This document shows positions 1 through 8,773 of a DNA stretch of 64,000 nt, one piece after another. Position 1 is the stretch's first letter. Each line of letters opens with the position of its first letter. Source of the stretch: Gammaproteobacteria bacterium (GTDB taxonomy: Bacteria; Pseudomonadota; Gammaproteobacteria; Natronospirales; JAJUFS01). The notes under the pieces are model-generated. The model had not been told where the DNA came from. It ran no database searches and saw only the letters and a list, made by a program, of their open reading frames with translations. The stretch spans positions 14,980-78,979 of the forward strand of contig DASVDI010000015.1 in the NCBI GenBank assembly GCA_036381175.1, in the 5' to 3' direction. The position numbers were made by a program, and so were the translations under genes.

Positions 1-90
1 CCCATAAGCGGGGACGTTTAGAGTTAGGGTGAGAGGAGCGAACACCAATGCCGCGATGTCCCAGCCTGCGACAGGAAAGATCGAAGAAAG

Positions 91-129
91 CTCCCTCTTT
101 CCTGAGGGGAGAGGGTTGGGGTGAGGGGG
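91..129. repeat. REP-like palindromic element (CCCTCT...AGAGGG-TTGGGGTGAGGGG type)
   Basis: ctccctctttcctgaggggagagggttggggtgaggggg; a related copy lies at 23968-24005. Confidence 0.6.
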
Positions 130-142
130 CTCATCCAAAAAC

Positions 143-170
143 AAAAAAGGGACTTCTCTATTCCCCTTTT
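143..170 (-). terminator. Probable intrinsic terminator of frmA-fghA
   Basis: Imperfect hairpin followed by a T-run on the minus strand, just after the fghA stop. Confidence 0.45.
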
Positions 171-175
171 ACTCC

Positions 176-1033
176 TTACGAAGCGTCGAATCGCAACGCT
201 TCGGCATGATGCCGCAAGTGATCCCCGATGAAACTCGCGATGAAGTAATAGCTGTGGTCGTAGCCTTCCTGCATGCGCAGCGTCAGCGGATGCCCCGCGG
301 CGTCGCACGCCGCCTGCAGGCGTTCGGGTTTGAGCTGTTCGGTGAGAAAGTTGTCGCTGGTTCCCTGGTCGATAAGCAGCGGCAGGCGTTCATCGGCCGT
401 AGCGATCAGTTCCGAGGCATCCCAGGCTTTCCAGGTGTCGCGATCCGTTCCCAGATAACCCGTGAATGCCTTCTGGCCCCAGGGCGATTCGACGGGATTA
501 ACAATCGGCGCGAACGCGGACACTGATCGATAGCGTCCCGGGTTGCGAAGTGCGGCGACGAGCGCGCCGTGTCCGCCCATGGAATGCCCGCTGATCGCGC
601 GGCGGCCGGAGACGGAAAAATTTGATTCCACGAGTTCGGGCAGTTCGCGTACCACGTAATCATGCATGTGGTAGTTGCGGTCGTACGGTGCGCGCGTGGC
701 ATTGAGATAGAAGCCGGCGCCAAGTCCGAAATCCCAGCCGCCTTCCGGATCGCCGGGTACGTCCGGTCCGCGCGGGCTGGTATCGGGCGCGATGATGGCA
801 ATGCCGAGTTCGGCGGCGATGCCGAGCGCGCCGGCTTTCTGCATGAAGTTTTCGTCCGTGCAGGTGAGGCCCGACAGCCAGTACAGCACCGGTACGCGCG
901 CGCTTGCGGCCTGCGGCGGCAGGTAAATCGCGAACACCATGTCGCAATCAAGACTCGTCGAATGATGGCGGATGCGTTTGTGCCAGCCGCCGAAGCATTT
1001 GTTTTCCGCGACGGTTTCCAAAGTGTTACTCAT
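176..1033 (-). CDS. fghA: S-formylglutathione hydrolase
   Basis: ENKCFGG N-terminus, WLSGLTC, GHSMGG nucleophile elbow, YDHSYYF; ATG at 1033 preceded by GGAG; downstream of class III ADH. Confidence 0.95.
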   Translation of the reverse strand: MSNTLETVAENKCFGGWHKRIRHHSTSLDCDMVFAIYLPPQAASARVPVLYWLSGLTCTDENFMQKAGALGIAAELGIAIIAPDTSPRGPDVPGDPEGGWDFGLGAGFYLNATRAPYDRNYHMHDYVVRELPELVESNFSVSGRRAISGHSMGGHGALVAALRNPGRYRSVSAFAPIVNPVESPWGQKAFTGYLGTDRDTWKAWDASELIATADERLPLLIDQGTSDNFLTEQLKPERLQAACDAAGHPLTLRMQEGYDHSYYFIASFIGDHLRHHAEALRFDAS

Positions 1034-1066
1034 GCGTGAATTCTCCATTGAACATCAACAACACCA

Positions 1067-2284
<1,218 letters not shown>

Positions 2285-2429
2285 TCATGGGCAGGCCTTG
2301 CCCGCGAAAACGATCCGCACCTGCGGTGCCAAGAGCAACCTGAAAAGCTGTCGCAATAATTTTGAAGCACCCTTTTCTACTGATCTCTTTTTTCCCGACG
2401 TGTGACATGAAGAAAGATCAAAGCGGTTC

Positions 2430-2830
2430 CGGCCGCCCCTCCGCTGCGCTCCGGCGCTTGGCCGAATCCCTTTTGTTTCGGCAAAAGGAATCAAAACCAT
2501 CTCGCCCGGTCGGCTGTTATTCATTCAAAGGTGGTCTCAGGCGCTCGCCGTGTACGGGCCACTCGCGAACTCGCCGGTCGTGCCTTCTCTACGCTGCGCT
2601 TCGCTCGGCCCGCCTCGGTCTCGCCACCGCTCGTTGCTACGCGACGGATCCGCGGATTCTCGTTTCGCTACGCTCAACTCCGATTCCGGATCCTGCTTCG
2701 CACCCGTACCCGCCATCGCGCCTTCGGCTGCCTCCGACGGGCGGAAAAGCGAAAAGCAAAAGCGCAGGGCTGCTTGATTCGGGGGTGAAGCAAGCAGTAT
2801 TTCCTTCTTGCGATAGTCGGCGTTTCTTGT
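2430..2830 (-). repeat. Long structured intergenic repeat, left copy (inverted relative to 7820-8215)
   Basis: Aligns by eye to the reverse complement of 7820-8215 (e.g. acgggccactcgcgaactcgccggtc vs acgggtcactcggcaactcgccggtc; ctacgcgacggatccgcggattctc vs ctacgcgacggaaccgcggattctc); ends approximate. Confidence 0.8.
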
Positions 2831-3048
2831 CCGATCCCTCGAATAGATTGCGATTGATTGATGTTTCAAGAGATGTTTAGAGCCTTACGCTTTGAGCGTC
2901 ATGGTTGCGCAAGGCGTAAGACTTGACCCAAAATCTTCTTCGCGTTGTGTCCCCCTCTCGCGGCCCCCGATCCTACTTTCTTACGGCTTTGCTATGTTCA
3001 ATTCAAGGTCATGCACAGCTAAAAAGGGTACTGACCGCTTTTTTCCCC

Positions 3049-3162
3049 ATGGAACTCATTCGCGACACAAACCCAGGAAAGTCCAAGCGGGTGATGGACG
3101 CAATGATGAAGATGGTGAAACTCGACGTCGCGGAATTGGAGAGAGCATACAAAGACGCATAA
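3049..3162 (+). pseudogene. 3' remnant of a VOC/PhnB-like (3-demethylubiquinone-9 3-methyltransferase-like) gene
   Basis: PGKSKRVMDAMMKMVKLDVAELERAY resembles the C-terminal helix of this family; no upstream part of the gene in frame. Confidence 0.55.
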
Positions 3163-3233
3163 GATACGACACGCAAGAAAGCCTTACCAAACGCCGCTGC
3201 GATTTTGGGGCGTGACAGAGCCGGAGAAACACG

Positions 3234-3953
3234 ATGAAAAAGATTCGTACTTTTACAGAACTCCATGATGTTTTCGGAAGCTACCGAAAGGACAACAGAT
3301 GGATGTTTAGAGGAGAAGCGAACTCAAGGTGGAAGACAATTCCAAAAGCTGGTCGCACCCCGTACTCGGCTCGAAATGACCTTGAATATTTAGAGGCGTG
3401 GAAACGAAAGGCTGTTGAGTTCATAGCAAGCGCTCCAAAGGACGATTGGGAGTGGCTGGCGCTCGCTCAACATCATGGACTTCCAACGCGCCTTCTCGAC
3501 TGGACGTACAACCCGCTGGTGGCCGCGTATTTTTCATGCTGTGGAGAACAAGAGCACGACGGCGTGCTGTTTTGCTATAGACCACAATGGACTGCTGTTA
3601 CAGATGCCACATCACCAAAAAACCTAACGAGAGTAGTGAAATTCAAACCACGCGTCGTAGCGCAACGTATTGGCCGTCAAAGCGGCTTATTTACAGTTCA
3701 CCCAGATCCGAAATGCGAATTACAGGACAGTCTTGACGACGAAGACACGCTAGACATTTATTTGTTAGATAAAAAGTATAAAAAGCAGCTTCTATTTGAA
3801 CTGAGCCACTATGGAATCAATGCCGCCACATTAATGGGTGACTTGGACGGGTTATCCGCCCATATGCGCTGGTCGTTGGAGAACCGTAGTTTCTGGGTCA
3901 ACGGCGACGCTCTATCGCTTGACGTTGAAATGGAATCGCCTCCTTTAACATGA
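3234..3953 (+). CDS. FRG domain protein
   Basis: MFRGE motif and [27 protein letters not shown] signature; GGAG RBS; AT-rich composition. Confidence 0.88.
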   Translation: MKKIRTFTELHDVFGSYRKDNRWMFRGEANSRWKTIPKAGRTPYSARNDLEYLEAWKRKAVEFIASAPKDDWEWLALAQHHGLPTRLLDWTYNPLVAAYFSCCGEQEHDGVLFCYRPQWTAVTDATSPKNLTRVVKFKPRVVAQRIGRQSGLFTVHPDPKCELQDSLDDEDTLDIYLLDKKYKKQLLFELSHYGINAATLMGDLDGLSAHMRWSLENRSFWVNGDALSLDVEMESPPLT

Positions 3954-4013
3954 AACAACGCCACCTAGATTGGGCATCGGAATTACCTTCAAGCAAATCA
4001 AAAGGAAAGCCTC

Positions 4014-4775
4014 ATGTCATTTAAGAGTTGGCGAGCCTTCCGAGAATTCGAGCATCACGTGAAAACAGAATTCCGTTTTTCCTTAAATCCAGAGTCTAAA
4101 GAATTCTTAGCGGAACTCGCTCGTACCAGCTCATCTAGAGAAAAACTGATTAAAAAGGGAAGCTTCCTATGGCGAGCACAACTCGGCCATGGCTGGCATA
4201 CGGAAGATCACGGAGAACTGGAGTTAGAAGTTCCAGGCCCATATAGCGCGGAAAGAATGAAGCCGGTGCTGAGAAGAGCTAAAGAAGGCCGGGTAAATCC
4301 AAAAGGAATTCCGTTCTTATACTTGTCGACCGACAGAGATACCGCTATGAGTGAAACCCGACCGTGGATGGGAGAAACTGTCTCGGTTGCTCAGTTCGAA
4401 GTAAATAACGACATCGAGGTAATCGATTTTTCACAGGACGCCGAAATCAAAAGTATCCTCGAATGGTACTTCGAAGAACCCGACGAAGATGTACGAGAGC
4501 AATCTATATGGGCTCAAATTAACCATGCGTTTTCAACCCCAATAACCGTAAGCGATAACAGCGCCGACTACGTCGTTACTCAGCTTATTGCCGAAGTTTT
4601 CAGAGCCAAAGGGTTTAAAGGGATTGCTTATCGATCAAGCTTAGGAGAAGGAACGAACGTGGCCTTGTTCGACCTTTCTTCGGCCGACCCCGTTAACTGT
4701 TTTTTGTATGAGGCTAGAGACATTCGATTCGAATTCAGCGAAGCCGCGAATCCATGGTTTTTGGCGAAGAGTTGA
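4014..4775 (+). CDS. RES domain protein (NAD+ phosphorylase / ART-like family)
   Basis: LWRAQ (R), GRVNPKGIPFLYLS, TAMSETRP (E), GIAYRSS (S). Confidence 0.88.
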   Translation: MSFKSWRAFREFEHHVKTEFRFSLNPESKEFLAELARTSSSREKLIKKGSFLWRAQLGHGWHTEDHGELELEVPGPYSAERMKPVLRRAKEGRVNPKGIPFLYLSTDRDTAMSETRPWMGETVSVAQFEVNNDIEVIDFSQDAEIKSILEWYFEEPDEDVREQSIWAQINHAFSTPITVSDNSADYVVTQLIAEVFRAKGFKGIAYRSSLGEGTNVALFDLSSADPVNCFLYEARDIRFEFSEAANPWFLAKS

Positions 4776-4818
4776 TAACAATCGGCCCGTCCTTACTAAT
4801 CAATTGTATAGCGAAGAT

Positions 4819-6036
4819 TTATTGAGTCGATCGCATTCCAGCCAGCCATTCGAGAAGCCTTTCGAACCATACAACTCGCGTGTATTCCAGATAAAGATTA
4901 AACGCCATAAAAAACACGAATATCACAACGGCCGCGACGATCAAAAGCACAGCCAACTGCACCCGATACTTCGCCGTTAATTGTGAGTACGTGCCGGAAA
5001 CATGCTGTTCATCAAGTTTCTTCAGGTAATTGCACTTCAATTCATCTATATCCTCCTTAAGATGGCGGAGGGTCACATACTGAGCAGTAATCATCGTCAG
5101 CATAATTAAAGCGAATACTGCAGCACCAACCATAATAATATGATTTCTCATTCCACCATCGTCGACGAGCTGGCCAGCAATCAAGATATACGCCAACGGT
5201 ATAGCCAAAAGCTTGGCCGAAACATCGTGAAGCACCGCACCCAATCGTTTCGCTTGCTCTATTTTTTCCCTATCCAGATCTGCAACTAGCGATGAAAATG
5301 AAAAATCCTTCGCGTATAGCTCGTAATCCCTTCGATATCGCGCGTATATTTCATCAAGGCGGCACAGAATCACAGCGAGTCGTTCACTTTCCGGGAATGC
5401 TTCAGCGACTTCGATCACCTTCCCTATAAATATTTCTCGACGACGCTCTGCGTGCGCATCGGAGTCGACTGGAAATAGTTCGGCACAAATTTCATTGACC
5501 CTTTCAAGCTGGGATCTGCTCAACTCACTCCGTGAAATCCTCAGATCAACATCCACTCGGTTTCGGTTTAAAAAACACAACCGAGGACCCAAATCAACTG
5601 TCGAGAGCGTTTCAAGGACACCCACGATCTTCGTCAGTAACAAATACTTCTCGATCAACTCGGAAGAACTCTTCGGATATTCGATATCTTCGTGAACCAG
5701 GTAAAAACTGTCAGGCGCTTTTTTATAAAGATCGGGGCTTCGCAGCAATCCATCAATATCGGAAAAAATATAACCACCATACTGCTGCCCACTCGGAATT
5801 TTGATCTCGTATTCAACAACGTCTCTACACGTTGAGATGCCCTGACTCGAAAGAGCCTTTCCGTTCTCCACTACGTCGATTACGAATTGCGCATTGTATA
5901 GCGCAGCAAGTACACCGCTCGTGGTTTCATCCAACTCAATAGACCCAATCAAGACGCCGTCATTAAGCTGTACGTGCGTCGATTTACGGCACACTTCAAT
6001 AGCGGCGTGAAACAGGTCGGATGCAGCGGCGTTCAT
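4819..6036 (-). CDS. Unknown protein, soluble N-terminal region plus about three C-terminal hydrophobic helices
   Basis: 405 aa ORF; hydrophobic runs LLAIPLAYILIAG, IIMVGAAVFALIMLTMITA, LAVLLIVAAVVIFVFFMAF; ATGA overlap with the upstream gene. Confidence 0.8.
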   Translation of the reverse strand: MNAAASDLFHAAIEVCRKSTHVQLNDGVLIGSIELDETTSGVLAALYNAQFVIDVVENGKALSSQGISTCRDVVEYEIKIPSGQQYGGYIFSDIDGLLRSPDLYKKAPDSFYLVHEDIEYPKSSSELIEKYLLLTKIVGVLETLSTVDLGPRLCFLNRNRVDVDLRISRSELSRSQLERVNEICAELFPVDSDAHAERRREIFIGKVIEVAEAFPESERLAVILCRLDEIYARYRRDYELYAKDFSFSSLVADLDREKIEQAKRLGAVLHDVSAKLLAIPLAYILIAGQLVDDGGMRNHIIMVGAAVFALIMLTMITAQYVTLRHLKEDIDELKCNYLKKLDEQHVSGTYSQLTAKYRVQLAVLLIVAAVVIFVFFMAFNLYLEYTRVVWFERLLEWLAGMRSTQ

Positions 6037-7031
6037 TTTATTGCTTCTATTTCGTTTTTAAGTGTTTCTGGAATATTTCGAATAACAAGACTTCCATCTT
6101 TAAGTGCGACATTGTCACGAACGTACTGCGCGGACATTCGTATCGAAAACTTTCCTTCTTGGAAATTGACTCCAATCAGACGAGAAAGGCTAGCTTTTTC
6201 CACATGAAAGTACGCGTTCATTGCGTACGTCTCTTGCGCGGCGAAATGCTGAAAAATTTCTGGGTCATCTTCGAAGAGTCGCGTCGCGATGGCAGCAACC
6301 GATGCTTCTTTCTTGTTTTTCGCACACTCTAGTAGATATTCTGCGACTGTTTCTCGAGCTTTATGTTTTTGTTCGCCTTTCCAGCCGTTCTCTCGGATGA
6401 AGTCGTTCACGATGTTTATTATTTTTTCAGTCGATTCCTTCGGCTTTGTTAGAGCGGTACAGCCAATAAAGTCCACGAAGTACTCAGACACCTCTCTCTT
6501 ACCGCGTACAAAACTGACGTATTTATGTTCTTCGCCGTCATTCTTGACCTGCAGCCACTTAGTGACATTTATACGAGCAGCGACGTATAGCTTGCTGAGG
6601 TCGAGATGCAGGGTGTCTTTCAGTTTTAGGTCGCTGGTTACCGACGCGCCCACTTTGTCGTTCAGCATTAAGACAAATAGGAAATCTTGATCAGCTTCGC
6701 TGTATCTCAGAAATAGCACGTATCCACCAGCCGATGCCTGCTTCTGACGCATTCTATCTTCCAAGTGCTCCATCGCCTTCGTGGAGAAACCCATAAAATC
6801 TTGCCACTCGGCCTGAACGCACTTTTCGAGAATTTTTTGAAACCAATAGACATCGCTGTTTTCACGAAACAATCCGTAAACAGCAGACCCTCCATAGATT
6901 TTTCGAACCTCACCACCAACTCTCGCCACCGTGTCGTTCAATGGCAAAAGGCCTGGCGCGAGAGTTACCGCTATGTCGGTGCTTGCGGCCTCTTTGGCGA
7001 TTTGGTGGATGACAGCAGCTTTAACTTCCAT
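6033..7031 (-). CDS. Nucleoid-associated protein, NdpA/YejK (NA-37)-like, divergent accessory copy
   Basis: VIHQIAKE N-terminus, ASAGGYVLFLRY, HLDLSKLYVAARINVTKW, YVSFVRGK..VSEYFVDFIGC match the YejK family pattern; 332 aa; GGAG RBS. Confidence 0.82.
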   Translation of the reverse strand: MEVKAAVIHQIAKEAASTDIAVTLAPGLLPLNDTVARVGGEVRKIYGGSAVYGLFRENSDVYWFQKILEKCVQAEWQDFMGFSTKAMEHLEDRMRQKQASAGGYVLFLRYSEADQDFLFVLMLNDKVGASVTSDLKLKDTLHLDLSKLYVAARINVTKWLQVKNDGEEHKYVSFVRGKREVSEYFVDFIGCTALTKPKESTEKIINIVNDFIRENGWKGEQKHKARETVAEYLLECAKNKKEASVAAIATRLFEDDPEIFQHFAAQETYAMNAYFHVEKASLSRLIGVNFQEGKFSIRMSAQYVRDNVALKDGSLVIRNIPETLKNEIEAIK

Positions 7032-7203
7032 TTCCAGAGTCTCCTTCGCGTCGAGGCCACGTTTAGAAATTGTGGCAACTTAACCCATTGTTGAGGTTAT
7101 GTCTTGTCAGCAAATGCTGATTCTGTTCGCAATTTCAGGGCTGTCCGGATAGCGGAAAATCGAGAAAAAGCTAGAGTTATCAGGCCTTTCGAGGCAACGG
7201 GGA

Positions 7204-7322
7204 TTGACGTCTTCGTGGAGCAAACTCCTTGTTAGTTAGCAGTTTGTCGGGCGTGGGCGAATACAAGACCCTTCGGGGGAATCAGCCCGCCGTGCTCCAC
7301 GGGACGTCAAACACCCGACATT
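7204..7322 (+). promoter_or_regulatory. Structured leader / putative cis-regulatory or antisense RNA upstream of a small ORF
   Basis: Interleaved inverted repeats 7204-7222/7293-7310 and 7245-7254/7311-7320; CCC-TTCG-GGG tetraloop at 7269-7278; TTGACG at 7204. Confidence 0.5.
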
Positions 7323-7353
7323 TATCAAAACCGACGTCATTTGGAGAATCAAC

Positions 7354-7692
7354 ATGAACAAGAAGGACACTTCCTACCGCATGCCGGAAGGTTTCAATCC
7401 GTTCTCTGCAATCGATGCAGCGCGAGGGCTCGCTGACGCGATCCACTGGATGCATTTCGACGGGCCAGGCGCTGAAGAAACGATGGAGTTCGGCGACAAG
7501 GTGTCGCTGGATGCGCTGGTGGAGATGCTGAGAACGCGCGTGCATGAGCTGCACGATTACATTCACGAGATCAGCAACAGTACTTCACTGCACCTGCCGA
7601 TGAACGACGCCGATTTCGATGTCTTGCGCTATGGCGCTCCCAACGGCGGGGGGTTCATCCGCGAGGAATCACCGCTCTACGCAGTTCGATAA
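7354..7692 (+). CDS. Small hypothetical protein
   Basis: 112 aa ORF with GGAG RBS and a strong terminator after it; ends in IREESPLY. Confidence 0.7.
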   Translation: MNKKDTSYRMPEGFNPFSAIDAARGLADAIHWMHFDGPGAEETMEFGDKVSLDALVEMLRTRVHELHDYIHEISNSTSLHLPMNDADFDVLRYGAPNGGGFIREESPLYAVR

Positions 7693-7727
7693 TCCGCATC
7701 CACTGCGGATCGCGATCCGCCCTACGC

Positions 7728-7757
7728 AAAGCCCCCGAAGCGGGGCTTTGTTTTTTT
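7728..7757 (+). terminator. Intrinsic terminator
   Basis: aaagcccc-cgaagc-ggggcttt followed by a T-run. Confidence 0.85.
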
Positions 7758-7819
7758 GTGTGCTGGCTTGATGCTCGAAGTCACGGCGCGCGGCATTCGA
7801 AAGCCGAATTCGACCGCGA

Positions 7820-8215
7820 GATGAAGAACTGTGCCGGAGCGACATTGAAATACTGACTGGCGACGATTGACCGCGAAGCAATCAAAGGTCTTCGCTTTTC
7901 GCTCTTGCTTTTGAACCCGTTGAGGCCACCGAGGAAGTGAAGACGAACGCGGGTACGGAGCAGGAACCGGAATCGCAATGAAGCGCAGCGAAATGAGAAT
8001 CCGCGGTTCCGTCGCGTAGTAACGAGGAGTGGCGAGTCCGAGGCGGGCCAAGCGAGTGCAACGAGCGAAGGCTTGACCGGCGAGTTGCCGAGTGACCCGT
8101 GTTCGTCGAACTCCGCAGGCTCCTTTGAATAAACAAGAGGCCGATCGGGAAAGCGTTTTTGGTTACTTGTGTCGCGACAAAAGTGACTCGCCCCCGCGCA
8201 GCGGGCGAAACCCTC
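7820..8215 (+). repeat. Long structured intergenic repeat, right copy
   Basis: Reverse complement aligns to 2430-2830; contains the hairpin at 8162-8187 and gggcgaaaccc; ends approximate. Confidence 0.8.
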
Positions 8216-8520
8216 TTCGAAAAGAAAAAGAAGTTGATGGCCGCGCCATTCTTCGCGGCAGGATGCCGCTCCCACACAGCTTCGATTGACACTCTCGCAA
8301 GAAAAAAGTGACCCGTGTTCGTCGAACTCCGCAGGCTCCTTAAATGAACAAGAGGCCGATCGGGAAAGCGGTTTTCTCCCCTTTTGACAAGACAAAAGGG
8401 GATCGCTCCGCGCAGCGGGCGAAACCCTCTTCGAAAGAAAAGGAAGTTGATGGTCGCGCCAATCTTCGCGGCAGGATGCCGCTCCCACATAACTTCGATT
8501 GACACTCTCGCCAGGAAAAA
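8092..8520 (+). repeat. Tandem direct repeat, two ~216 bp units (8092-8307, 8308-8520), each carrying a REP half-site
   Basis: Both units begin gtgacccgtgttcgtcgaactccgcaggctcctt and contain cttcgcggcaggatgccgctcccaca (8251-8276, 8464-8489). Confidence 0.92.
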
Positions 8521-8546
8521 TATGTTCCGCGTTCGTCTAGCTGCGC

Positions 8547-8773
8547 CGGCCAACTCGCCGGTATTTCGGCCACGAGATCGGCCAATTTGAAAACGAAATG
8601 TCATTTAAGGCCAATTAAAACAGTAATTTACGATTCTGCATCATCGGCCATTGCGCTTTGCTGGCGGCGGGTGCATGCTTGCGCGGATCGGCCAAAAAAT
8701 CGGCCAAATCGACGGTCTATCTTGTCTTAAACTTTTTTAAATCAATAGTTTATATTATCGGGGAATCGGCCAA
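8547..8773 (+). promoter_or_regulatory. Iterated (ATC)GGCCA(A) motifs upstream of the Fic gene
   Basis: Copies at 8547, 8566, 8577, 8608, 8643, 8687, 8699 and 8765, the last overlapping the ATG. Confidence 0.55.

Noticed and set aside
2285-2880. Several 75-172 aa ORFs over the left repeat
   Set aside because: They overlap a non-coding repeat, are low-complexity Arg/Ser/Pro-rich, and have no recognisable domain.
3160-7200. Integron cassette array explaining the AT-rich genes
   Set aside because: I found no RYYYAAC...GTTRRRY attC pairs in the intergenic gaps, genes lie on both strands, and there is no intI.
8092-8520. Possible CRISPR array
   Set aside because: Units are about 216 bp and near-identical throughout, with no short repeat/unique spacer pattern and no cas genes.
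7722-8604. ORFs of 109-240 aa on the minus strand with internal peptide repeats
   Set aside because: The peptide repeats simply reflect the 216 bp DNA duplication, and overlapping frames are equally open.
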